Source: an uncultured Chloroflexia bacterium
GTDB lineage: Bacteria > Chloroflexota > Anaerolineae > CG2-30-64-16
Assembly (NCBI GenBank): GCA_963810095.1
Contig: CAWEMM010000007.1
Coordinates: 512,001 to 576,000 of the forward strand
Direction of reading: 5' to 3'
DNA: 64,000 bases
Notes under the pieces: generated by a model
Databases searched by the model: none
What the model was told of the DNA's origin: nothing
Seen by the model: the letters and a program-made list of their open reading frames with translations, nothing else
In this document: one piece after another, positions 11,364 through 21,827 of the stretch
How the letters are laid out: every line of letters begins with the position of its first letter
Position numbering within the stretch: the first letter of the stretch is position 1
Position numbers and translations under genes: made by a program

Positions 11364-12345
11364 CCTCCCGGCGGTAGTCCGCCAGGATCGCATCGATCAC
11401 GCGTGTCGTTCGAGCGCCGCTCTCGCCGGTGCTCGGACAGCGGCCGCTGCCGTTCAGTTCATCCACAATCGTCTGGATCAGCGGCTGGTGAACGTGCGCC
11501 GGGTGATCCACCTCGATCGTGCGGGTCCGTCCCCCGGCGGTCAATGTGATCGGTGAGGGGTCGAAGCACGCGAAGCGCAATGTCCCCTGGCTGCCCACGA
11601 GCTCGATGACGTCCTCCTCCGCGTGCGCGGCCGAGTTCCACACGCCCACCCCGAGCACGCCCTGGCCGAACTCCAGCGCCGCCACCACCGAGTCCTCGGC
11701 CGCGTACATGCCGGTCTGGTTCATCGCGATGCCTTTGGCCGCCCGCACCGGGCCAAGGAAGAAGTCGAGCAGGTCGAGCATGTGGCTGCCCATGTCGAGC
11801 AAGTGTCCCCCGCCCGATACCGCGGGCAGGAAGCGCCACGTGCGGGTCGCGGGGTCGGCCTCCTTCGGCACGGGCGTCCGCTGCAGCAGGATGCGGGCAA
11901 AGCGGACCTCGCCGATCGCACCCCCGGCCAGCAGGTCGCGCACCGCGAGGAACTTGGGCAGGCCGCGGCGGTAGTAGCCGACCCAGAGGGGCACGCCTGC
12001 CGTTCGGCATGCTGCAATCATCTCGTCGCATTCGGCCGCGCTCAGCGCCATCGGCTTCTCGACGTAGACCGGTTTGCGCGCCGCCGCGGCTGCGAGCACG
12101 TACTCCTTGTGCGACGACGGCGGGGTCGCGACATAGATTGCATCGACTTCGGGGTCCGCGATCAGTTGGCCCGCATCGGAGTACCAGCGCGGCACCCCGT
12201 GGCGCCGGGCGTAGTCCTCCGCCAGCGCTGCGTCGCGCCGCATGACCGCGACGAGCTCCGACCCGCGCGCCTTCTGGAAGCCCGGCCCGCTCTTCACCTC
12301 GGTGACGTCGCCACAGCCGATAATGCCCCAACGAATCGTATGCAT
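11341..12345 (-). CDS. Gfo/Idh/MocA family oxidoreductase
   Basis: WGIIGCG, VYVEKPMA, GGGHLLDMGSHMLD; overlaps the convergent Ldh_2 gene by 23 bp. Confidence 0.93.
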   Translation of the reverse strand: MHTIRWGIIGCGDVTEVKSGPGFQKARGSELVAVMRRDAALAEDYARRHGVPRWYSDAGQLIADPEVDAIYVATPPSSHKEYVLAAAAARKPVYVEKPMALSAAECDEMIAACRTAGVPLWVGYYRRGLPKFLAVRDLLAGGAIGEVRFARILLQRTPVPKEADPATRTWRFLPAVSGGGHLLDMGSHMLDLLDFFLGPVRAAKGIAMNQTGMYAAEDSVVAALEFGQGVLGVGVWNSAAHAEEDVIELVGSQGTLRFACFDPSPITLTAGGRTRTIEVDHPAHVHQPLIQTIVDELNGSGRCPSTGESGARTTRVIDAILADYRREVRTAEAA

Positions 12346-12562
12346 GATGCCCGCGTCCCTTTGTAGATGGATAGATGATCCCTTGGCGTGGCGACGATAG
12401 CATGAAGGTGTGGACGTGTCAACACGTCTGCCTTAGGCTGGAAACCTCAAAAGGCAACGGACCCCCGGGCCGCTGCCTCTTGACTGTTCTACCCCTCGCA
12501 GTGCCGGGGGCTGCCATGCTCGCTTCTCACGCACGGGCGGCTTAACACACGCATGGTTCCTG

Positions 12563-12734
12563 CCGACCCTGCCTCATCCCCCGTACAGTGACTTATGCGG
12601 GCGAACATGGACCTGCAGCGTTGCCTTTGGGGTTCCAAGGGGCGCAGCCCCTGGTCGGGGGCGCGGGGGCAAGATCGCCCCCGCCAAACCATCGTCAGGC
12701 ATCAGCGGATGATTTTCCTGTGTTAGTGCCCTAA
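12563..12734. repeat. Dispersed ~170-bp intergenic repeat (MITE-like), copy 1
   Basis: Colinear similarity to 34853-35024 with shared blocks atcccccgtac, gggcgaacat, gcgttgcctt, aaggggcgcagccc, ggggcgcggggg and aggcatcagc. Confidence 0.8.
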
Positions 12735-12775
12735 GTTCAACCACAGTGAATCTGTTGAACCATGACGCTCGACGC

Positions 12776-12878
12776 CCTTCGACTGCGGGCGCTCCTGTGG
12801 ACCGCCCTCCGCTCAGGGTGCTTCAAGCGCAGGCCCTGAGCGGAGGCGCCAGCGCAACTGGCGTGCCGCAGTCGAAGG
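12776..12878. repeat. REP-like nested inverted repeat
   Basis: ccttcgactgcgg (12776-12788) pairs with ccgcagtcgaagg (12866-12878); cctccgctcaggg (12806-12818) pairs with ccctgagcggagg (12834-12846). Confidence 0.7.
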
Positions 12879-12952
12879 ATGCGACCCGACAGAGTGAGCG
12901 TGCTTGTACCTAAACGCCCGCCGCCGAGAGACCTCGGAGCTGCGCGGCACAC

Positions 12953-12992
12953 AAAAAGACTGCACGGAGCCATCCCCGGCGTCCGTGCAGTC
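12953..12992 (-). terminator. Intrinsic terminator of the LysM/L,D-transpeptidase gene
   Basis: 11-bp stem gactgcacgga/tccgtgcagtc followed by T5 on the minus strand. Confidence 0.75.
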
Positions 12993-13019
12993 CTCCAATC
13001 GCGGGTAGGCCGCCGCGCC

Positions 13020-13868
13020 TCAGCGCTGAACCACCACCGGCATCCCGATATAAGCCGTCTCCCAGAGCTTCTTGGCGTTGGCATCGTCCAGCATGATGCA
13101 CCCGAACGTAATCTTCGTACCCACCAGCCCCGCCCACGTCTTGCGCCCGGTCTGCTTGTTGTACGGCAGGCCGTGGATGCCGTTCTCCGTGCTGCCCGCC
13201 CAGTAAATGCCGAGCCAATAAGGCATCCAGAAGTTCCAGGTCGAGCCGTATGCGTTGCGGATTTTCGACTGGACCTTGAACGTTCCCGCCATGGTCGGTG
13301 ACCCGTACCGGCCCGTCGAGCAGCGCCAATTCCCGATCAGCACGCCCCCCTTGTAGAGCCAGCAGTGCTGGGCCGATATGTCGGCCACGAACTTCGTGCC
13401 CGAGACCTTCGGCGCTGCCGGCCCGGTCGCTGCCGCCGTGCCGCCCGACGATTTGCCCGGGACGCGTAGCACCATCCCCACGTAGATCCGATCGGGGTTG
13501 CTGATGCCGTTGGTCGAGGCAAGCGCGGAGGCGGACACCCCCAGCCGCTGCGCGATCGAGCCCAGCGTGTCGCCGCTGCGGACCACGTACTTCGCGCCGC
13601 CCGCGCTTGCCGTGCCGCCCGACGAACTGGCCGCGCTGCTGCCACCCGGGATGACCAGCCGCTGGCCGATCTTGATCAGGTTCGGATTCGAAATCCCGTT
13701 CGCCCGCGCCAACGCCGCCGCGCTGACCCCATGGGCCGACGCGATCGAGTTGAGCGTCTCGCCTGCCCGGACGACGTGGGTGCCGCCCGAATCTGCATAG
13801 GCGTTGGCAGCCAGCAGCAGCAGTGCGAGCAATGTGAGCACGAAGGTCAGCGTGATTCGTTTGCGCAT
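13020..13868 (-). CDS. Secreted protein with two LysM domains and an L,D-transpeptidase (YkuD) domain
   Basis: Signal peptide; two LysM repeats (HVVRAGETLNSIA, YVVRSGDTLGSIA); NGIHG...TFGCI catalytic motif. Confidence 0.93.
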   Translation of the reverse strand: MRKRITLTFVLTLLALLLLAANAYADSGGTHVVRAGETLNSIASAHGVSAAALARANGISNPNLIKIGQRLVIPGGSSAASSSGGTASAGGAKYVVRSGDTLGSIAQRLGVSASALASTNGISNPDRIYVGMVLRVPGKSSGGTAAATGPAAPKVSGTKFVADISAQHCWLYKGGVLIGNWRCSTGRYGSPTMAGTFKVQSKIRNAYGSTWNFWMPYWLGIYWAGSTENGIHGLPYNKQTGRKTWAGLVGTKITFGCIMLDDANAKKLWETAYIGMPVVVQR

Positions 13869-14034
13869 GACGGAGTTCCTCCGGTCGCGATGTCAATTGG
13901 ACAAGTATATAATGCATCAAAACGCGTGAGATTGCAAGACCCAATTATGGCGACTTTGCGATCTCGGAGACGCGTGTGCCATGATCCTCTACGAAGTGCC
14001 GCCTTTCACGGAATCCTAACTCAAGAAAATAGTA

Positions 14035-14064
14035 TTGACAAATAGGCGGCCAGAGAGGTATAAT
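14035..14064 (+). promoter_or_regulatory. Consensus sigma70-type promoter
   Basis: TTGACA-N18-TATAAT upstream of the ATG at 14147. Confidence 0.8.
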
Positions 14065-14146
14065 TATCGTGCAAATGCTGTGCAACCGTCCCGCCAGCGA
14101 CCGTGCCGACAAATGCCCACCTGCCCCACCGGTATAGGAGGCAACC

Positions 14147-16762
14147 ATGTCTTTCGAGCGATTCCGCGCTTCCCTCTTGCGCTCAACCGTCGTGACACTC
14201 CTGGTTCTGACAGCACTCGCCACCGTGGCAGCGGCCGGTGTGCCTGCTTCTGATGGCAGCAACGCACCCGCTGCGAAGTCGAGCAACGGCTCTACGGCCC
14301 TGCCAACAGCGCAGGTCTACCCCGCAGCGTTGCCCGGCGCGCCAAACCCCTTCGTGACTGCCGACCACTCGCACAGCGATACCCCGGAGGCGTTTGCGCT
14401 CCCTGAAGGCGGCTTTAGCGTCACCGGCCCGCAGAAGATCGTGGTTCTCCGAGTGCGCTTCTCCGACTACTCGACCGCCACGCGCTACACGCAGGCCCAG
14501 GCGCAGAGCTTCTTCGACAACGACATCAACAAGATGTGGAGCAACATTTCGTACGGCAGCATCTCGATCGACGCCACCGTCACCGCGCTGCTGGATTTGC
14601 CCCACCCGCGTTCCAGCTACATCACCGATCACTCGGATGGCGATCTCTCCGAGGGCGGGCAGTTCATGGCGGTACTCAACGACGCAGTGGCCGCAGCACA
14701 CACGGCCGGCGTCGACTTTACGGGCGTCAAGGATGTGATGGTGGTGATGGGCGAGACCGACGCGTCCCAGTATCACCGGGGTCAGGCGACGACCTGCATG
14801 CTGGCCGTCGGCCCGAGCAGCAGCCTCGCCTCGGTGGGCTGCGCCATCTTCTCGGAGAACCCGGCCGATCCGGACGCGCGCGTCTGGGGGCGCTGGATGC
14901 ACGAAATGGGGCACGCTTTCCAGGCTGCCGGTGGGCCGGCCCATCCCTCCAACTACAACAACAGTTTCGAGCTGATGGATCGCCTTTACCCCGGGCACAG
15001 CGGCATGTTCTCCAAGCAAGCGGCTGGGGCGGGCGGCTTCCCGGGCTGGATCAGCCCCTCGGTCTACGATGAGGTTGGCACGGGCGTGGCCGGCACGAGC
15101 GACATCGTTTATGCTGAGGAGTATCAGCCTAGCGATCTGCCCGCGGGCGGCAAACGCGCCATCAAGTTCTACGCTTCTGCCAGCGTGTACTACATTATCA
15201 GCGTGCGCCAGCGCATGTATGGCGACGAGATCCGGCCGATCCCCGACGACCACGGCGTTCTGGTCGAGCGCGTCCAGCCGGGGGCCGACCCCTGGGTTAC
15301 TGTGATCGGGCCGGGCGGCGACGCCACGAGACTCTGGCAGCCAAACTCTACCATTTCGACGCCTGATGGGGTGTTCATTACGGTCATCAGCCAGCCCGAC
15401 CCTTCGAAGTGGGCCTACCTGATCAGCGTCCGCCGAGACGCCGTGCCCCGGCCCGACGTCATGATCCGCCCCTGGCTGTCGCCGCCGCTCAACACCTGGG
15501 AGACCACGGACATCTGGGTCGACAGCAGCTGCAACGGCTACGGCACCTTCATGTACGGCGCCTACATCCCGTCGGGCGACAGTACGGTGCTCGGTTATAG
15601 CAACGGTGATAGCCCGTGTGCCAACCATCAAAACCGTGTCTACGCCCGCATTCGCAACATCGGCAACACGCCGGCCGCCAACATCAAGGTCCATTTCCAG
15701 GTCACCGATCCGATGGGCGTGGGCATCAACGGGAGTACCTGGGTCGATATCGGCACAGCTGACTCGACAACCTTCGCGGGCCTTGCCTCGCTCGCGGCCG
15801 GCGCCTATACAGACGTGTACGTGCCTTGGGTGCCTGCCGTCGCTTTGACGCCCGAGCAGCTCGCTGCAGGGGTGTTCAACTTCCATACCTGCCTCCGCGT
15901 CCTCATGGACCCGGTGCCTGGCGAGACCATCGTGAGCAATCAGGACGGCGTCGACGAGCAGGAGAACATCGGCCAGTTCTTTGCGTCGCCTTCCGGGCCC
16001 GGCGCGCCCGACAGTGCGATCGACTACGAGGTACCCGTACGCAACGACGATACGAAACTGCCGAAGAGCTTCAACCTGGACTGGGAGAATGACCTGCCCA
16101 AGGGCTGGACGGTAGAGGTTAACAAGAACGACCCGACCGTTGAGATCCCTGCCGGGGGCCTCGCGCTGGTGCCGGTGCGCATTGTCCGGGCAGCTCCCGC
16201 GGCCGCGGGTGAGGTCTACAGCGTGACGCTGCGCGCCACCTATCTGCACCTGTTGCCCAGCGACCTGCCGGGGCTGGACCCGTTCAACAAACTGCCCGAC
16301 ATCCACGCCGAGTACAAGCCCTTGAGCGCAGCCACCCTCGGTGTCATCGTCGCCGACCCGACGAAGATCGATGTCAGGCCGCAGCGCGATCCAAACGGGG
16401 GCGTGTGTGTGGCCGGCTCGATTGCCCCGGTACCGCCCCGTCCGCCCACGGGCGAGCAGCGCACGCAGCTCCAGGTCGACATCCTGGGCGCCAAGCGTGA
16501 AATGATGGGCACCAAGCCGGCGTTCCCCGACGACGGGGGCAAATTCGAGGTTTGCTGGGCAGGCACGGAGATCCGCGACCTGAAGCAAGCGCGCTACGCC
16601 GCAGCCCTCTACCAAGGCCAAGCCGATCTGCCCAGCCGGACCGGTCCGGGGCGAGCCGTAGGCCTGACGCTGGTGGCGGCCCCGGGCACGTTCCAGCAAC
16701 CAGGCTATGCCGAAGCGCCAATCGACATCGTGAAGCTGTACTTGCCCGTCATCATGAAGTAG
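14147..16762 (+). CDS. Secreted zinc metalloprotease (M6/immune inhibitor A-like) with C-terminal beta domains and LYLPVIMK tail
   Basis: Signal peptide; KIVVLRVRFSD, NISYG, WMHEMGH (HExxH), FELMD; SD AGGAGG. Confidence 0.8.
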   Translation: MSFERFRASLLRSTVVTLLVLTALATVAAAGVPASDGSNAPAAKSSNGSTALPTAQVYPAALPGAPNPFVTADHSHSDTPEAFALPEGGFSVTGPQKIVVLRVRFSDYSTATRYTQAQAQSFFDNDINKMWSNISYGSISIDATVTALLDLPHPRSSYITDHSDGDLSEGGQFMAVLNDAVAAAHTAGVDFTGVKDVMVVMGETDASQYHRGQATTCMLAVGPSSSLASVGCAIFSENPADPDARVWGRWMHEMGHAFQAAGGPAHPSNYNNSFELMDRLYPGHSGMFSKQAAGAGGFPGWISPSVYDEVGTGVAGTSDIVYAEEYQPSDLPAGGKRAIKFYASASVYYIISVRQRMYGDEIRPIPDDHGVLVERVQPGADPWVTVIGPGGDATRLWQPNSTISTPDGVFITVISQPDPSKWAYLISVRRDAVPRPDVMIRPWLSPPLNTWETTDIWVDSSCNGYGTFMYGAYIPSGDSTVLGYSNGDSPCANHQNRVYARIRNIGNTPAANIKVHFQVTDPMGVGINGSTWVDIGTADSTTFAGLASLAAGAYTDVYVPWVPAVALTPEQLAAGVFNFHTCLRVLMDPVPGETIVSNQDGVDEQENIGQFFASPSGPGAPDSAIDYEVPVRNDDTKLPKSFNLDWENDLPKGWTVEVNKNDPTVEIPAGGLALVPVRIVRAAPAAAGEVYSVTLRATYLHLLPSDLPGLDPFNKLPDIHAEYKPLSAATLGVIVADPTKIDVRPQRDPNGGVCVAGSIAPVPPRPPTGEQRTQLQVDILGAKREMMGTKPAFPDDGGKFEVCWAGTEIRDLKQARYAAALYQGQADLPSRTGPGRAVGLTLVAAPGTFQQPGYAEAPIDIVKLYLPVIMK

Positions 16763-16815
16763 GCAGACGAGCGCGAGTACGGCGCCGTCTGAGCGCACAG
16801 CGCACACCACAAAAG

Positions 16816-16851
16816 GGGCCGCAGTCATGGAGTCAACCGTGACTGCGGCCC
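16816..16851 (+). terminator. Hairpin terminator candidate
   Basis: gggccgcagtca...tgactgcggccc stem downstream of the stop at 16762; weak U-tract. Confidence 0.55.
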
Positions 16852-17257
16852 TGCTCTTGCCGTGCTGGTGCCGTCCCCAGGTGGACACTCACTACGGCCT
16901 TGGCCTTCCGGCACCACAACTCCGACCGGCGCACCCGTCCGCTGCTGCGAGCGCGCGAGGCCCATGCCGCCGCGTATTCCGCTCGGTAACACCCCCCACT
17001 TTACACGCTGCTTCAATAGTGGTTTGCTCGTGCACACCCTTAGGCGCAGCGCACATCAGCATCTTCGCGCGAGCGACGAAAGGAGCAGACGTAGCCATGG
17101 CATTCATCCGAAGAATGCAGGCTATCCGTTTTTCACGGTGACGATGGGCTAGGCAGGCTCGTCACGAACCGGGTGTCGCGGCCAGGTCGGGCCGCGGCGA
17201 CATCGTGCTCCATGTGTCGGATTGGGGTCACGGAGCAGAGCTAGGGAGTTGCACCGT

Positions 17258-18238
<981 letters not shown>

Positions 18239-18370
18239 GCAAGCCGCCACCCGGCCCGCCGTCAAACGCGATGGCTCGCAATGGCGCGTTTGGGCGTATA
18301 ATGCTGCCCATACCATACGGACACGTTTGGCAGACCAGGTCCATCGCATCTAACTAAAAGGAGTTGCACC

Positions 18371-18487
18371 ATGGGAGATAAGGGCGGAAAGAAGGACAAA
18401 GAGAAGGCTCAGAAGCAGAAGACGAACAAGCAAGAGCAGGACACCCAGAAGAAGCAGCAACAGCAGCCTGTCAAGAAGCCTCAATAG
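18371..18487 (+). CDS. Small Lys/Gln-rich protein, 38 aa (MGDKGGKKDKEKAQKQKTNKQEQDTQKKQQQQPVKKPQ)
   Basis: SD AAGGAG 7 nt before the ATG; TATAAT near 18297; high GC at third codon positions; below the ORF-track size cutoff. Confidence 0.75.
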   Translation: MGDKGGKKDKEKAQKQKTNKQEQDTQKKQQQQPVKKPQ

Positions 18488-18629
18488 GCAGCCCGCAGTC
18501 GGGGGGCAACCTCTCCGCCCGGCGAACCTGGCGAAGGGTTGCCCCTACCCCCACATCAGCGCCCGAGCGCACCCTTGCCATCACACTGGAGCGTCCGCCG
18601 TTCAAGCGCTGCTTCCCCCACGCTCCAGG

Positions 18630-18992
18630 TTACATGCCCATCGGGGTCACCAGTTGGAAGTAGTTGCCGTCCGGATCTGCCAGGGTGGCAAGCCAGCCGT
18701 CGCCCATCTGGTAAGGCGCCCTGACAACCTCGGCGCCCTGCGCCTTGATCCTGTCAAAATCCTCTTGGACTTGCGAGGTCTCGAAGTTGAGCAGCACGCG
18801 GCCCGGGTCTTTGGCCCGCCCACCCATTTCAGAGTGGTCCAGGACGGAGAAGTAGGCCGGCCCCACTTGCCAGCCGTAAAACCCGTGCTCCGTATCGACC
18901 ATTTCCGCCGGCTTACCCAGCACCTTCTCGTAGAAAGCCACCATTACCTGCGGCTGCTTCGTTCCGATCATAACGGAATTGAGACTTAACAT
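18630..18992 (-). CDS. VOC/glyoxalase family protein
   Basis: MVAFYEKVLG, LNFETSQV, ATLADPDGNYFQL; SD AAAGGA. Confidence 0.92.
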   Translation of the reverse strand: MLSLNSVMIGTKQPQVMVAFYEKVLGKPAEMVDTEHGFYGWQVGPAYFSVLDHSEMGGRAKDPGRVLLNFETSQVQEDFDRIKAQGAEVVRAPYQMGDGWLATLADPDGNYFQLVTPMGM

Positions 18993-19224
18993 GCGGGAAT
19001 CCTTTCTGCCACCGGTCCGACCGGCCCCGTGCGCTTGCCCTGGCAGTTCTGACAGTTGCCAAATATTCTGACGACGCCTGGCGATCAGCGCACCTGGAAC
19101 TGATACCACGCAGGATCAAACAGATAAGTAGGAGAAGTTACACTTGGTAGGAAGTCACGAGGCTGAGAGCCCGGCGGCGCACCGGCAGACCTGAACCGAA
19201 TGCGAGAGGAGTCTGCGAAACGAG

Positions 19225-19257
19225 AGACCTTCGAGGTCTCGCAGACCTCGAAGGTCT
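19225..19257. repeat. REP-like palindrome
   Basis: agaccttcgaggtct-cgc-agacctcgaaggtct: perfect 15-bp inverted repeat whose arms are themselves near-palindromic. Confidence 0.75.
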
Positions 19258-19341
19258 GGTCATCTGCGCACGCACGGTTTGCCCCACCCACCCCACAGCG
19301 CGATAATCCGCCACACGATCGCGTACCAGGAGAGCAACAGC

Positions 19342-20436
19342 ATGAAGATCCTCGTCTGCGGTTCCGGCCCGTTGGGAAGCCTGTTTGCGTCGCGCCTGCG
19401 CCAGGGCGGGCACGATGTCTCGCTTCTTGCCCGGGGCTCGCGCCTCGAAGACCTCCGCAAGTGGGGCATCGTGACCCATGACGTGCGGACCGACGAATGG
19501 ACGACCGTTCGCGACGTCGCCTATATCGAGCGGCTGGCACCCGAGGACGCCTACGACCTCGCCCTCGTCGTCATGCGCAAGAACCAGGCGCTCGAGCTGC
19601 TGCCCACCCTGGCGGCCAACCCGAACATCCCGACGGTCCTCTTCCTGATGAACAACGCGGCCGGACCCGACGCCCTGGTGCAGGCCCTTGGCCGCGAGCG
19701 CGTGATGATCGGCTTTCCGTCCTCCGCCGGCTACCGGGACGAGTACGTCATGCACGTTTTGACCGGCTCGCTCGGCAACGAGGTCACCGTCCCGATTGGC
19801 GAGATCGACGGCCACGTCAGCGCACGGACCGACCTCGTCGCCGCAGCACTCGCCACGATGCCCGGCTTCAAGATCCAGGTGCGGCCCGACATGGACGCCT
19901 GGCTGAAGTATCACGTGGCGCTCCTGATGCCGTCACTTGCGGCCGCGTTCTACGGGAGCGGCATGGACCGCATCCGCATGACCCATACCCGCGACGCGCT
20001 CGTGCTGGCGGTGCGCGCGATCCGCGAGGGCTTCGCCGTCCTCCACGACCTCGGCTACCCCGTCACCCCTTCGGGCCTGCGGGTCTTCGCGTGGCTGCCC
20101 GAGCCGCTGCTGGTGGCGCTGCTCGGCCGGCGGCTGCGTGACCCGCTGATGGAGGTGGCGCTGGCCAAGCACGCGGGGGTCGCGCGCGATGAGATCAAGC
20201 ACCTCGCCGGCGAGTTCCTTGTTCTCACCCACCAGACCGGGGTGCTGACGCCCGCCATCGACCGGCTGGTGCCATACCTGGAGGATTCCGGAGCGTCTCT
20301 CATCCCCGAGGGCAGCGCGGAATTGCCGCTGGATTGGCGCGGCGTGTGGGCGGGCGCGGCTGCAGTCGCCGGCGCGGCGGCCGTCCTGGTCTTGCTCGGC
20401 GGTCTGCTCCGCAGCAGGCGGAGGAAGGGGGCGTAG
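19342..20436 (+). CDS. Ketopantoate reductase (ApbA/PanE) family protein with C-terminal TM anchor
   Basis: MKILVCGSGPLGS Rossmann motif, LFLMNN, WLKYH; hydrophobic C-terminus followed by RSRRRK. Confidence 0.85.
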   Translation: MKILVCGSGPLGSLFASRLRQGGHDVSLLARGSRLEDLRKWGIVTHDVRTDEWTTVRDVAYIERLAPEDAYDLALVVMRKNQALELLPTLAANPNIPTVLFLMNNAAGPDALVQALGRERVMIGFPSSAGYRDEYVMHVLTGSLGNEVTVPIGEIDGHVSARTDLVAAALATMPGFKIQVRPDMDAWLKYHVALLMPSLAAAFYGSGMDRIRMTHTRDALVLAVRAIREGFAVLHDLGYPVTPSGLRVFAWLPEPLLVALLGRRLRDPLMEVALAKHAGVARDEIKHLAGEFLVLTHQTGVLTPAIDRLVPYLEDSGASLIPEGSAELPLDWRGVWAGAAAVAGAAAVLVLLGGLLRSRRRKGA

Positions 20437-20666
20437 GCAGCGGGCGCCGGGACGGGCGAGTGTCATGGTGCTTGGCCGTGAGCACCATGTAGCGCATGCC
20501 GGCGTTCTGGGCTGTCGGCACCCCAGGGGAAACGGCGCGGCAAGCGCCGCGGGCCTCAGTACTTGTGGGCCGGCACGCGGGCCATGCGCGGAGAGGGATC
20601 AACCCGGTAAGAACGCCAAGAGCATCCAGCTGCGAATGCAATGCGGTTCCGTGCCACCTCGCGCCT

Positions 20667-21563
20667 CTAGGCCAGCTGCACCAGCATCGGAATGATTACA
20701 AACAGGTCGTACCCCGCGTGGATCAGCACCGAGCCCCAGATGCTGTCTGACTTAAGCATGACCCACGCATTCAGCAAGCCCAGCCCGAACACGATCGCCG
20801 CGAACAGCACCCGTTGCGCGTCGCTGACGTAGACGGCCATGAAGTGCGGCGACGCAAACACCAGCGCCGTCGCCACGATCGCGAGCGTTACGCCGAGGAC
20901 GGGCCGCAGTTTGCCGAGAAAGATGCCCCGGAACCACAGCTCCTCCATGAACGAGTTGGTGAAGATGAAGACAAGGATCCAGGGGAGCGCGGCGACGAGG
21001 GTCGACAGGGGCACGCCGGAGGCCGTCAGCCCTGCCGTCTTCGGCGCACCGGCCTGTAGCACCGCAATCGCGACGAAGATGGCTGCAAACGCGGCGAACA
21101 CGGCCAGCCCGATTTGGATGCCCCAGCGATTGCTCTTCCGGAGGAAGGCCGCGCCTAGGTCGCGGTCGACGAGCAGTGTCACCAGGAGCAGCGTGAGGAC
21201 CACCGGGATAGCCTGGGCGACCTTGTCGAACGCGAGCCGCTGCGCGCCGCTTGCCGGCGGGGGGAGCAGCCCAAGCACCGGCCCGCCGGCAACGGCCATG
21301 ACCGCGTTAGCGAGGGCGGCGCTAAAGAGCGCTAGCGCAATTGCCCGGAGCTGCGCAGCCTGGGGCTTGCGCAGGACGAGCGCCACCCCGCCAAACAGCA
21401 CGACGAGGCTCCACTTGTACAGGTCGCTCTTGTTGGTGGGGAACGCCGCAGTCCAGTTGTTGCCAAACAGGAAGATAGCAAACCCAGCGGCCACGAAGAG
21501 CACGAACACAAGCGGACGCTGACGGCGCCATACGTTTTGACGGGGCGATGCGACTGCGGCCAT
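20667..21563 (-). CDS. CPBP/Abi (CAAX-type) intramembrane glutamic endopeptidase
   Basis: MEELWFRG, FASPH and SIWGSVLIHAGYD motifs; multi-TM. Confidence 0.92.
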   Translation of the reverse strand: MAAVASPRQNVWRRQRPLVFVLFVAAGFAIFLFGNNWTAAFPTNKSDLYKWSLVVLFGGVALVLRKPQAAQLRAIALALFSAALANAVMAVAGGPVLGLLPPPASGAQRLAFDKVAQAIPVVLTLLLVTLLVDRDLGAAFLRKSNRWGIQIGLAVFAAFAAIFVAIAVLQAGAPKTAGLTASGVPLSTLVAALPWILVFIFTNSFMEELWFRGIFLGKLRPVLGVTLAIVATALVFASPHFMAVYVSDAQRVLFAAIVFGLGLLNAWVMLKSDSIWGSVLIHAGYDLFVIIPMLVQLA

Positions 21564-21827
21564 CCGGGCTCCTTCCATCCGGGCACCCGCCCGGCGACGC
21601 AGCCTGGGCGGGGCGCCGGGTAACCCGTTAGAAGAGGACACGCGCATTATACGGCTGTAAGGATGGCCGCGTCAACGGATAGTTGACGGCGGGTGCGCCC
21701 GGTTGCTTCATGAGTGCCCTGAGATCGGCCAGCCTACGAGCGCCCGCTCACACGGGGACTGCTGCCTGTTGCGGAATTGCTTCTCCGCCTTCCCACCGTC
21801 AAGCGTCTTCTCGCCGGGCGAGCGAGG

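Noticed and set aside
14183-16888. Long antisense ORFs (this 901-aa one, also 51925..54069, 35040..36644, 2022..3344 and others)
   Set aside because: Shadow frames of high-GC genes; the opposite strand carries the recognisable protein motifs.
17171-17196. nhaA-I (Li+) riboswitch-like GGGTG...CAGGTCGGGCCGC
   Set aside because: The supporting stem is only about 2 bp, a simple alternative hairpin explains the sequence, and the downstream gene is not an ion transporter.
20667-21563. CPBP protease as the dedicated processing enzyme for the LP[LV]I tag
   Set aside because: It is not adjacent to the tagged genes, and the tag lacks the TM segment that known CPBP-type sorting enzymes act on; no support beyond being in the same window.
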